DNA from: Candidatus Heimdallarchaeota archaeon
GTDB taxonomy: Archaea > Asgardarchaeota > Heimdallarchaeia > Heimdallarchaeales > Heimdallarchaeaceae
Reading direction: 5' to 3'
Assembly (NCBI GenBank): GCA_019057375.1
Contig: DXJF01000068.1
Span: forward strand, 1-20,413
Length of the DNA stretch: 20,413 nt
Each line of letters opens with the position of its first letter. The first letter of the stretch is position 1. The translations under genes were made by a program, and so were the position numbers. Below, one piece after another: positions 1 through 8,991 of this stretch. A model generated the notes under the pieces. That model did not search any database. It was not told where the DNA came from and worked only from the letters and a program-made list of their open reading frames with translations.

Positions 1-1536
1 GGGGGTTTTGTTCTTTTAGTCGGAGATGACCCACACTGTTTCAGTAGTCAAAATGAGCAAGATTCCAGATGGTTAGGAGTTTCTGCCCAAGTACCAATTT
101 TAGAGCCTTCAAATCCACAAGAAGCTAAAGAATTTACAAAATGGGCATTTGAAATAAGTGAAAAATTCGAAACAATCTTAGTTGTTAGGTCAACTACAAG
201 AATATCACATGCTAGATCAGATGTTCAATTTAACAAATATGAAACTAGTTTCAGAGAAGGAGAATTTGAAAAAAGTAACAGATATAAGTGTCTGCCTGCC
301 TTAGCCAGAGCAAATCACCCAAAGCTAGTCGCTAAGATGGAATCAATTAAGGAATGGATTCATGAAAGCGGATTATCTGTAATTGAAGGACAAAATGATA
401 CTGAATACGGGATTATCACAAGCGGAATTTCTTATGCTTATGTAAGGGATGCGTTGGAAATATTAGACAAAGATGTACCAGTATTAAAACTAGGTATGGT
501 TGCTCCTTTGGATGAAAAATCAATCCTTGAATTTGCAAGAGATAAGAAAAACATTATCTTTATCGAGGAAGTTGACCCCTATCTAGAAGATAGGATTTCA
601 GCTCTTTTCATTCAGAACGGAATTGTTCCAAAAATTCATGGGAAATGTACTGGAATCACAAAGAGATATCACGAGTTAAATTCTAGATTAGTTGCTGAAG
701 CATTACAAAGCGTTATTGGTGGTGAGCTTGCTTCTGTTGGAGAAATACAAAAAGCAGAGGAAGAAATCACTGATTTTATACCATTTAGACCGCCATTATT
801 CTGTCCTGGATGTCAACATAGAGCTGCATTTTGGGAATTGTCAAAAGTTGTTCGAAAGAACAAAGGAATTTTCGCATCAGATATAGGTTGTTACTCACTT
901 GATCCCTGGGTAACTGATACAATTCTATGTATGGGCGCAGGAATAAGCATGGCCAATGGTTTTTCTAGAATAATAAAAGATAAACCAATTTTTGCATATA
1001 TTGGGGATAGTACTTTTTTCCATACAGGATTAACTGCACTAGCAAATGCAGTTTATCACAAAGCCAACATCAATGTTTTAGTTCTTGATAATCGAATGAC
1101 TGCTATGACAGGATTTCAACCAAATCCCACAGAAGTTATTGATATAGCAGATGTAGCAAAATCACTGGGTGTTGAATATGTTGTTGAATTTGACCCTTAT
1201 GATTTTGAGAATGGTAAAAAGACATTTGAGGAAGCACTACAACATGAAGGTCCCACTGTTATAATAATGCGAAAAATCTGTGCAAATGAATGGTGGAGAC
1301 AACAGAGAAGAAGTGGGCAAAAAATAGAGGTTTATCATATTGATCCAGAAATATGCATTGCTTGTGGTACATGTATTGTTCAATACCAATGTCCAGCTAT
1401 ATATTGGAGTATTGATACTAATTCAAAAGGTAAGAAATATTCAGTCATTGATCCTTCAATGTGTACGGGGTGTAGTGTATGTTCCCAAATTTGCCCTGTA
1501 GAGGCAATATCAAAGGGGGTAAATATTGATGAGTAA
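1..1536 (+). CDS. iorA: Indolepyruvate ferredoxin oxidoreductase alpha subunit (5'-truncated; begins before the window)
   Basis: The frame is open from base 1 (GGFVLLVGDDPHCFSSQNEQDSR...ILEPSNPQEAKE...VRSTTRISH), so ATG 337 is internal. It contains RPPLFCPGCQHR, SDIGCY, the TPP-binding IGDSTFFHTG...LDN motif, and a C-terminal 2x[4Fe-4S] ferredoxin (CIACGTC...CP; CTGCSVCSQICP). It is followed directly by iorB. Confidence 0.95.
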   Translation, partial: GGFVLLVGDDPHCFSSQNEQDSRWLGVSAQVPILEPSNPQEAKEFTKWAFEISEKFETILVVRSTTRISHARSDVQFNKYETSFREGEFEKSNRYKCLPALARANHPKLVAKMESIKEWIHESGLSVIEGQNDTEYGIITSGISYAYVRDALEILDKDVPVLKLGMVAPLDEKSILEFARDKKNIIFIEEVDPYLEDRISALFIQNGIVPKIHGKCTGITKRYHELNSRLVAEALQSVIGGELASVGEIQKAEEEITDFIPFRPPLFCPGCQHRAAFWELSKVVRKNKGIFASDIGCYSLDPWVTDTILCMGAGISMANGFSRIIKDKPIFAYIGDSTFFHTGLTALANAVYHKANINVLVLDNRMTAMTGFQPNPTEVIDIADVAKSLGVEYVVEFDPYDFENGKKTFEEALQHEGPTVIIMRKICANEWWRQQRRSGQKIEVYHIDPEICIACGTCIVQYQCPAIYWSIDTNSKGKKYSVIDPSMCTGCSVCSQICPVEAISKGVNIDE

Positions 1537-2131
1537 AGCCTACCAAATGATTGTTTGTGGAGTAGGGGGCCAAGGTATTCTAACTATCACAGATATTATT
1601 GTGATAGCGGCAAGGAAGAAGGGTTTACATGTTCTAGGATCTGAAGTTCATGGTATGGCTCAAAAAGGTGGATCTGTTGTTACTAATCTAAAGATCGGAG
1701 AAAAACTACATTCACCCACAAATCCTATAGGAACTTGCGAGGTTTTAGTTGGTTTGGAACAAAATGAATCTTTGAGATATATGAAATTCCTCAAACCTAG
1801 TGGAATTGCTATTACATCAAACACAGTTCTCTCTCCTATCTCATGGAAGAAAGATAAAAAAGCTGCAGACAATGCTAAAGAAAATATCAAAGAAAACATT
1901 ACAAAATTCGATGTAAAACTAGTACTGATTGAAGCTGAAAACTTAGCTATTGAAGCTGGATTAGCTCTAACACAAAATATAGTACTTCTAGGAGCATTAT
2001 CTCAAGTAAAAGAGTTTCCTTTAACAGAAGAGGAATTAAGAGGTGCTCTAAAAGAGCGTGTACCTGCTAAATATATTGAACAGAATCTAAAAGCCTTTGA
2101 TTTAGGTATCAGAGCAGTAAAGAATCTATGA
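1529..2131 (+). CDS. iorB: Indolepyruvate ferredoxin oxidoreductase beta subunit
   Basis: Motifs GVGGQGIL, SEVHGMAQKGGSV and NIVLLGA...NLKAFDLG. ATG 1529 overlaps the iorA end by 8 nt, with an AGGGGGT SD-like motif upstream (TTG 1526 is an alternative start). Confidence 0.95.
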   Translation: MSKAYQMIVCGVGGQGILTITDIIVIAARKKGLHVLGSEVHGMAQKGGSVVTNLKIGEKLHSPTNPIGTCEVLVGLEQNESLRYMKFLKPSGIAITSNTVLSPISWKKDKKAADNAKENIKENITKFDVKLVLIEAENLAIEAGLALTQNIVLLGALSQVKEFPLTEEELRGALKERVPAKYIEQNLKAFDLGIRAVKNL

Positions 2132-2202
2132 ATTAAAAAGACTTCATTTATACCATAAATTAGCTATTTTAGCTTGGTTTATGCTAAAGGTAATTAAAGG
2201 AG

Positions 2203-2517
2203 TTACCTTTCTTCTTCATCGGGAAGTGCTACGGTGTCGATTATTTGTTCACCTGCTACTACTTCATCAACTGAATGAATTGAAGATCCATAATCTCTCA
2301 AGACATCTTCGATATCTTTGTAGATTAGATTATCACCTACAATAGTAACTACAATTCCTTCTGTGCTTGAATCAGTTTCTGTTCTTGTTACATTAACAGA
2401 ATCTACACCATGTAATTCAGCAACCGCATAAGCTAAAACATCCATCCTTGGTTGATGAGGTTTTAAAACATCTAATACAAGTCTTCTAATTCGGACAGTT
2501 GTTGTGGTTTCGCCCAT
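2203..2517 (-). CDS. DUF211 family protein (archaeal, COG1888-like)
   Basis: IRRLVLDVLKPHQP...GVDSVNVT...IVG....IEDVLRDYGSSIHSVDEVVAG matches the DUF211 pattern (RRLVLDVLKPH / GxSIHSIDEVxAG). Confidence 0.9.
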   Translation of the reverse strand: MGETTTTVRIRRLVLDVLKPHQPRMDVLAYAVAELHGVDSVNVTRTETDSSTEGIVVTIVGDNLIYKDIEDVLRDYGSSIHSVDEVVAGEQIIDTVALPDEEER

Positions 2518-2721
2518 CTTGAATTCACATAAATTAATGAATTGATTACTCTAACTTGTAAAGGTTTAATTCTTAAACTTTCTGTTATCTAAATAGAAAG
2601 CAAATCTTAATATGTTTTTCCTAATTATTCTTTTGTGATTACCATTAGGCAAAACAATATTAAAGAACACAAAAATTAAGAATTGAGAACGTTTAGTTAC
2701 AACGTACAATATGTGAGGTCT

Positions 2722-5700
2722 ATGTCTAAACACTTTCCCTATGATTTATGGATTTCAGCTGGAAGCGATGCTGGTATAAGCTTTGCCACTATAGGACGTC
2801 TTGCTAAAGATTCCAGTATGATGCAAGGTATCCTATTATCTTTACAAACCTTAATGACTACAGAAGTAGAAGTAACCAATTCCCAATTTATGACTGGGGA
2901 AAATGAATACGTTAAATTTGGAACTTTCACTTTAGCAGAAGAAGCAGATAATGTAGTTGTTCAATATGTAGTAAAATCAAATCAACCAGGAAAAATAAGT
3001 AAAACAGAGGAGCAACTTGTTCAAGAGTTAGCTCTTTCTTTCTGTAAATTTATTGTTCTCACACCGAATTTTCATCAAAACATGGCTACAGGCAAAATGA
3101 TATCACCAGATTTTGTCTCAAAAGCTTTCCTGAAAGCTTGTACAATTGCAAAGCAGAAATTATCTATTTCTTCGAATAATAGGGGTTTAAATGATTTAAT
3201 CAACCAAAACATCAAAATTTTAGAAACTGATACAATAAAATTTCCTACAATTGCACAGTTAAAAGATTTGAGAGCATGGTTAGGGGATGATGAAAATTCA
3301 TGGGATAAAGGAGCAATAATTCCATTTAAACGCCAACTTTTGGTTCAAATGGTTGCACAAGACATACTTAATCAGATAATAATTAAGGATCCTTTTGTTC
3401 TTGTTGAATATGAGCGACCAAGGTTTGTAATAGAAGAAATACGAAATAGCATTGAAAGAAATCTTAAGGGTAAAGACATTAAGCCACAAGAGCTGATAGA
3501 TAAATATCTTACAAAGAAGCTGAATAAAAAGGTTGCAACTCAACTTAAGAAACTATCAATTGATGAAATTCATTCTGCTAGTTCATTCATAGCTCATAAT
3601 TTAGCTAAGGAGATAGTCTATACATTAGCAAAAGATGATCCTTTGTGTTCTCTAATTGATTATAGGGATGTTAACCTCTTCTCTTCAATTCAAAATCAGA
3701 TAACAATAGCAGCTGAAGTTCCAAATCCAGGTTCTATGATATGCGATGCTTTAATTGAAGAGGTTTCACCTTTAGCTCTTCAAAGCGCTCGATTGTTTTA
3801 TACTCAACTTATCAAACCTTTCATAGGAAAGAAACTACCACCAAGTATTTGGAATGCAATTATTGATTTTACTTTTTCCATTTTGGATGAGAAGAAAATT
3901 TCTTCTGTAAAGAATAAAGGATCTAAAGTAAAAGGAACTTCTATTAGTGTAAAAAGAACCTTACTAAAAGAGAGACTTTCTAAACTGACAGTTTTACAAC
4001 CAAAGTGGCTGAAGCAACTATCTGATAAATTCACTACTATGGGAGTAGGTAAACAATTACAATTGTCAAATATTGAAGAATCAGTCTTATTTGCTAGTGC
4101 TTTAGAAAGAGCTATTATCACAACTCTAGAAAAAATCATCAAGGATCAGCTGTTTAATGCAAGTTTAGGAGATATCTTTTCTTTTATGGTTAATTCATTC
4201 AGACAAATTGCCCCAAAAACAGTTTTTGTTAGTATTTTATCAAAAATTATGGATGATCTAAAAGGTAGAGGTTATGAAACTCAAAAACAGATGAATCTGA
4301 GTTCTACTGATCTTATAGGTGCTGCTATTGATGAAGGAGAAATTAAAGCTTTCGTAAATTCAGTTCCTGTGCAGCTAAAGAGAACATTCTTTAAAGGAAC
4401 TAAACTTCGATTTGATGGAAGAACAATTTCTTCAACAGAATTGTTACAGAAGCAAAATGTTACTATAAACTTAGCTAACACAATTATACCACTTAGAGCT
4501 GCAGAACAGGATGCCGAATTTCTTACTGCTTGTCTGATAAATACAAGTATTCTAAAGAGAGCATATTCAAAAGCAATTCTTAGAGGAATGATTAGTACTT
4601 ATCTTCAGAAAATGTTTCACTTTGAAGGAGAAGTTTACAATCAACTTGATACTCTGATAACCGTTTTCAATCGTGAAATGGCTGGAAAGCTTACACCAGC
4701 TAACAGGTTACCTGATATTCAAAATAGCTTCCCATCATTTCCAATAATTCAAGATGTTCCACAAAGATTCAGGGGAAAAAATTTCCATGAGAGATGTCAA
4801 GAAAGCTGGAATATCTATGCACCAAAAATTCATAGAATTTTACAAGAATTACTTATAGGATTCTCTAACCTACGAAGAAACGATTTAAACTATAAAAAGA
4901 AAGCTATGAGGTTTTATAGTAAATCTCTAAAAGACCTCAAATATATACGAAGAATGTTGATCAAAAACTGGAATCCTTTGAATGATCAGATGACTAAAAT
5001 GGTTGAAAGCTGGTCAAGAGATGTGAGTGTTAATTTATCATCTCACTTATCAGAAGTAAGTAAAAACTGTTCCAAATGGATTGGAGATATATTCAAAATA
5101 CAAAAATTGGAATATGGAAAGCTGACTATTTCTGAAAAACAAAGCCTTAAAGAAATTATTGACACAGTAAATAGAATCAACCCACAAGAAATTGCAGAAT
5201 TACCTAAGAATTTCATGGAGATTGCAATCTCAATCCTACTATACAGAAGAATACCAGAATATGTAATCGATGATTCATATAATCAGATGATAAGTGGTGA
5301 GAAAAGGGTTGCAGATTCTGTTCTTCGAGCTTGGAGTAAAAGTCGCTCCAGAAAGGAATTTGAAAACAATCTTTACTTAAACATGAGGGTTCTAGGAAAT
5401 ACTTTTACAAAGATGATTGATACTTATGGAAGATTAACTAGTACTTTATTCATCAAAAACGATCTTGAACTGTCAAGTGATATTAATGGATATTATATTG
5501 TATTAGGTGATTTCCCAAAGGAGGTATTTTCAACTAAGGCTGAAGTAATGGAAATCTTGAAATTTCCAAATGTTTCAGTAATTAACCACCCCAAAGATTG
5601 GGAAATCAGACTTTATCTAGAACCAGATTATAAGAGAGAAATGGATGAGTACAGAGATCGTTTGATTGTTATGAGTGATATAGTTGGATTTGTAGCAAGA

Positions 5701-5868
5701 ATGAAATTTGATGAAAATACAGGTCCAGTACTAGAAGGAATGAAAGCAGTAATTTCCTATCTCATAGAAAATGGTGAAACAAATATAATAGATTTATCAG
5801 AAACGATAAAAGAAGCATTATTCAGATTGTCTGAATACCCAACAACAATAGTAGAGGATAAACAATAA
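2722..5868 (+). CDS. Large hypothetical protein (~1048 aa) with putative N-terminal longin-like domain and a predominantly alpha-helical body
   Basis: Long uninterrupted ORF. ATG 2722 is preferred over TTG 2683 because GTGAGGT (SD) lies just upstream. No signal peptide, TM segment or P-loop seen. The first ~115 aa follow a longin-like pattern (see findings). The CDS call is secure; the domain call is tentative. Confidence 0.8.
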   Translation: MSKHFPYDLWISAGSDAGISFATIGRLAKDSSMMQGILLSLQTLMTTEVEVTNSQFMTGENEYVKFGTFTLAEEADNVVVQYVVKSNQPGKISKTEEQLVQELALSFCKFIVLTPNFHQNMATGKMISPDFVSKAFLKACTIAKQKLSISSNNRGLNDLINQNIKILETDTIKFPTIAQLKDLRAWLGDDENSWDKGAIIPFKRQLLVQMVAQDILNQIIIKDPFVLVEYERPRFVIEEIRNSIERNLKGKDIKPQELIDKYLTKKLNKKVATQLKKLSIDEIHSASSFIAHNLAKEIVYTLAKDDPLCSLIDYRDVNLFSSIQNQITIAAEVPNPGSMICDALIEEVSPLALQSARLFYTQLIKPFIGKKLPPSIWNAIIDFTFSILDEKKISSVKNKGSKVKGTSISVKRTLLKERLSKLTVLQPKWLKQLSDKFTTMGVGKQLQLSNIEESVLFASALERAIITTLEKIIKDQLFNASLGDIFSFMVNSFRQIAPKTVFVSILSKIMDDLKGRGYETQKQMNLSSTDLIGAAIDEGEIKAFVNSVPVQLKRTFFKGTKLRFDGRTISSTELLQKQNVTINLANTIIPLRAAEQDAEFLTACLINTSILKRAYSKAILRGMISTYLQKMFHFEGEVYNQLDTLITVFNREMAGKLTPANRLPDIQNSFPSFPIIQDVPQRFRGKNFHERCQESWNIYAPKIHRILQELLIGFSNLRRNDLNYKKKAMRFYSKSLKDLKYIRRMLIKNWNPLNDQMTKMVESWSRDVSVNLSSHLSEVSKNCSKWIGDIFKIQKLEYGKLTISEKQSLKEIIDTVNRINPQEIAELPKNFMEIAISILLYRRIPEYVIDDSYNQMISGEKRVADSVLRAWSKSRSRKEFENNLYLNMRVLGNTFTKMIDTYGRLTSTLFIKNDLELSSDINGYYIVLGDFPKEVFSTKAEVMEILKFPNVSVINHPKDWEIRLYLEPDYKREMDEYRDRLIVMSDIVGFVARMKFDENTGPVLEGMKAVISYLIENGETNIIDLSETIKEALFRLSEYPTTIVEDKQ

Positions 5869-5870
5869 AT

Positions 5871-6593
5871 TCATATTCGTGATCCAAATATAGCTGTACC
5901 TACTCTGACCATGTTAGAACCGTGCTTTATTGCGATTTCATAATCACTTGACATTCCCATTGAAATTACTGGAGAATCAACTGAAATTCGAGGTTTAATC
6001 TCTTTCTGAAAAATGGAATTTGTTCTCTCAAAGAACTTACTTAGTGAAACTTTTTCTAGTTCATATTCAAGAGGAGCTATTGTCATGATTCCTTGAATCT
6101 CTATGTGATTGAGTTTCTTTATCTCTTCTAGATATTTGATAACTTCCTGCTGATTCAAACCTTTTCTTTTTTCTACTTGACTGAAATCGACTTGCAAAAG
6201 AATGGGATAAATTAGATCAAGTTTCTGTGCATATTTATTTACTAAAAATAGGATTTTACTACTTTGTACACTTTGAATTAAATTGCAATGCTCAACAGAA
6301 TATTTGACTTTATTTGACTGCATCTGACCTACAACATGAATCTCTGATGAAGGCGAATATTCCTTAATTCTAAGTAGTTTTTTTTTCAATTCAGTGCTTA
6401 TAATTTCCCCAATTATCTTTAATCCTGCGTCTATAGCCGGTTTTATTCTGTCAAAAGCAATTCTCTTAGTTACTCCCACAAGTGAAATATCTGAACCATC
6501 TCTTCCAGTAAAGCTTGCACTTTTGTGAATATTTTCAAGAACATTGGAGTAATTAGACTCAACTTCTTTGGCAGGAAGAGATTTTGACATCAT
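5871..6593 (-). CDS. yggS: YggS/PLPBP (PROSC) family pyridoxal-phosphate-binding protein
   Basis: LVGVTK (PLP lysine), HVVGQMQSNKVK, GIMTI, ISMGMSSDYEIAIKHGSNMVRVGTAIFGSR. The start is ATG 6593 or 6590. Confidence 0.93.
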   Translation of the reverse strand: MMSKSLPAKEVESNYSNVLENIHKSASFTGRDGSDISLVGVTKRIAFDRIKPAIDAGLKIIGEIISTELKKKLLRIKEYSPSSEIHVVGQMQSNKVKYSVEHCNLIQSVQSSKILFLVNKYAQKLDLIYPILLQVDFSQVEKRKGLNQQEVIKYLEEIKKLNHIEIQGIMTIAPLEYELEKVSLSKFFERTNSIFQKEIKPRISVDSPVISMGMSSDYEIAIKHGSNMVRVGTAIFGSRI

Positions 6594-6643
6594 GAGAACA
6601 TTTGATAAAGTAAAAAAAAGTTTGCTATTGATATATACTTCTA

Positions 6644-7477
6644 TTAACCATTGTTTTTCTTTTTAAAAAAACTCAGATCTACATGAGATTTATCAAAAAG
6701 AACCCTTCCTTCCATACCACCGCTTATTAAAAGAGATTCACCACTAATGTGGCCTGAAGCTTTATCAGACAATAAGAACAAAACTGTATTTGCTACATCA
6801 GTAGCTGATGCTATCTTTTGCATAGGTATTGTCTGTAGAATTTTTCTTACTTCTTCCATGTCCTCTAATGATTTCATAGCCATTTCTGTAAGAACCCATC
6901 CTGGACCAACGGAATTAACTCTACCCATTTCCACATAGTGAATTATCTCATTTTTCCAAGTTTTCGTTAGACCATACATTAGAGCTGCTTTGGAAGCAGA
7001 ATAATCCGCATGTCCAGCTTCACCAAAAAAACCAGCAGTTGAACCTACGAGAACTATTGAAGCGGATTCCCCCGGATATTTGATTAGATTTCTAAAAAAA
7101 GCTCTTACACAGAGAAATACACCTGTTAAATTCACATCCAAAGTATTATTCCACTGATCTAAACTTAATTCAGATGTAAGAGTAGATTCAGAGCCCCAAA
7201 TACCTGCATTAGCAATTAAGTTATCAATTCTACCAAAATGATCATTTGCTAAAGAGAAGAGATTTTCAATATCTTCTTCTTTTCTAAAATCACCTTGAAC
7301 AAGGAAAACACTACTTGAATCATATTTGTTTTGAATCTCAGTAGCACTCACAATATTAGTATTGTAATGAATAGTTACTCTAGCTTCCTCTTCAACTAAT
7401 TGATCAATAATGGCCTTCCCTATCCCTCCAGTCCCTCCAGTCAATAAAATATGCTTTCCTGTCAGATTCAAATCCAT
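6644..7477 (-). CDS. Classical short-chain dehydrogenase/reductase (SDR)
   Basis: TGGTGGIG Rossmann motif, NAG, catalytic YSASK, VNSVGPGWVLT, and C-terminal ISGESLLISGG. Substrate unknown. Confidence 0.93.
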   Translation of the reverse strand: MDLNLTGKHILLTGGTGGIGKAIIDQLVEEEARVTIHYNTNIVSATEIQNKYDSSSVFLVQGDFRKEEDIENLFSLANDHFGRIDNLIANAGIWGSESTLTSELSLDQWNNTLDVNLTGVFLCVRAFFRNLIKYPGESASIVLVGSTAGFFGEAGHADYSASKAALMYGLTKTWKNEIIHYVEMGRVNSVGPGWVLTEMAMKSLEDMEEVRKILQTIPMQKIASATDVANTVLFLLSDKASGHISGESLLISGGMEGRVLFDKSHVDLSFFKKKNNG

Positions 7478-7513
7478 ATTTAACAGAAAACAATATTCAT
7501 TTTAAGTTTATTT

Positions 7514-7525
7514 CAAAAATTTAAA
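7514..7525 (+). promoter_or_regulatory. Putative BRE/TATA (CAAAAA-TTTAAA) for tldD in the divergent SDR/tldD intergenic region
   Basis: A purine-rich tract is followed by TTTAAA ~60 nt upstream of the tldD ATG. The AT-rich background makes this uncertain. Confidence 0.3.
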
Positions 7526-7584
7526 CATCAAACCTTCATTTGAATACTTTTATAATTGGTTTAAGCTTTCTTAGGATGATAATA

Positions 7585-8982
7585 ATGTCTCAAGATGTTG
7601 TTGATAAAACATTACAGAAATTGCAAGATTTGCAAATACCTTATGGAGACATAAGAGCAGAAAATTCACTTATGACTCAGATTCGAACAGTAAATGGGAG
7701 AGTAGAAGCTAGTACTACTGGAATAGAATCAGGTGTGGGAATTAGAATTTTAAATGAAGGAGCATGGGGTTTTGCTTATGGACCTTTAGAGAAATATGAA
7801 GATGTAATAGATATGGCTCTAAAAGCAAATAAGCTTAATCTGAAGCAGAAGAAAAAAGACATCTCTCTAGCTAAAGTGAAAGTTGTTGAAGACAATTTTA
7901 TAGGAGAACAGAAGAAAAAACTAGATGACACAGGTTTTGACGAAAAAATTGAATTTACAATAGAAGCTGATAAAGCTCAAGAGGATGAAAGGATTAAATC
8001 TAGAACATCCTTTTTCAGAGAAGTTCTTAGAAGGATGACTTTAGTTACTACAGAAGGAACAAGAATCGTATATGAAGTTCCTTATGTAATGATGTATGCT
8101 CAATCAGTTGCTAGAGAAGGTTCTGAAACTATAGAAGGGAGAAGCAGAATTGGGCATATAGGTGGTGTAGAGTTAATTGATATAAGAAACCCAAACCAAT
8201 TAGGGGAGAAAGCAAAAGAGAGAGCCTTGGAAGGTTTAAAGGCACCAAAGGTGAAAAATGGTAGATATCCTGTTGTTCTAGATGGAACAATAAATCATCT
8301 CTTTGCACATGAAGCTGCAGGACATTCAGCAGAGGGTGATTTTGTTCAGACAGCTGGTGTTCTTAGAGGGAAACTAGGTAAAAAAGTTGGAGCTCCCTGT
8401 GTAGATCTAATTGATGATGGTTCGTTGAAAGTGTCTGCAGGTATTAATTCATTTGGATACATTAAATATGATGATGAAGGAGTTCCTGGGCAGAAAAAAT
8501 ATGTCATCAAGGATGGGATATTGAAAACATATCTAACAGATAGGAGCTCTGCAGATCATTTTGGTCTTAAACCAACAGGTAATTCAAGAGCTGAAACATA
8601 CAATTTCCCTCAAATTGTGAGGATGACTAATACATTTATTTCTCCAGCCAAGGATCCCATGAAACATGAAGAACTAATAGAGAAAACAAGAAATGGCTTT
8701 CTACTCATGCAAGGGGGAGGTGGACAAGTTGATCCAATTAAGGGTACATTCAATTTTGGTGTAGCTGAATTATATGAAATCAAGAATGGAGAAGTAGGAG
8801 AAAGATATCGACCTACTACCCTAGCTGGAAATACCCTAGAAACCCTGCTTAAAATTATAGGCGTTTCACCAGAAATGGGAGATCCTCTTGATAGTATAGG
8901 ATTTTGTGGAAAAGACGGTCAATCAGCACCCGTTGGAGTTACAGCTGGTTGGTTGGCTGTGAAAAATATTGTAGTAGGTTAG
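7585..8982 (+). CDS. tldD: TldD family metalloprotease (catalytic subunit)
   Basis: GVGIRIL..GAWGFA, the HEAAGH zinc motif (8308-8325), YDDEGVP, GNSRAE...RMTNT, and C-terminal CGKDGQSAPVG. ATG 7585 is preferred over TTG 7540. Confidence 0.92.
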   Translation: MSQDVVDKTLQKLQDLQIPYGDIRAENSLMTQIRTVNGRVEASTTGIESGVGIRILNEGAWGFAYGPLEKYEDVIDMALKANKLNLKQKKKDISLAKVKVVEDNFIGEQKKKLDDTGFDEKIEFTIEADKAQEDERIKSRTSFFREVLRRMTLVTTEGTRIVYEVPYVMMYAQSVAREGSETIEGRSRIGHIGGVELIDIRNPNQLGEKAKERALEGLKAPKVKNGRYPVVLDGTINHLFAHEAAGHSAEGDFVQTAGVLRGKLGKKVGAPCVDLIDDGSLKVSAGINSFGYIKYDDEGVPGQKKYVIKDGILKTYLTDRSSADHFGLKPTGNSRAETYNFPQIVRMTNTFISPAKDPMKHEELIEKTRNGFLLMQGGGGQVDPIKGTFNFGVAELYEIKNGEVGERYRPTTLAGNTLETLLKIIGVSPEMGDPLDSIGFCGKDGQSAPVGVTAGWLAVKNIVVG

Positions 8983-8991
8983 GTGAAAAAA

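Noticed and set aside
337-339. ATG 337 as the iorA start
   Set aside because: The frame is open and IorA-like from base 1, so the gene starts outside the window.
2522-2578. Short inverted repeats in the DUF211/longin divergent intergenic region (AATTCA-N10-TGAATT at 2522-2543; GTTTAA-TTC-TTAAAC at 2564-2578)
   Set aside because: These are 6-bp, almost all-A/T arms in very AT-rich DNA and are expected by chance. The second may simply be back-to-back TATA-like elements.
6378-6386. A9 homopolymer in yggS as a frameshift or phase-variation site
   Set aside because: The reading frame is intact and conserved motifs occur on both sides.
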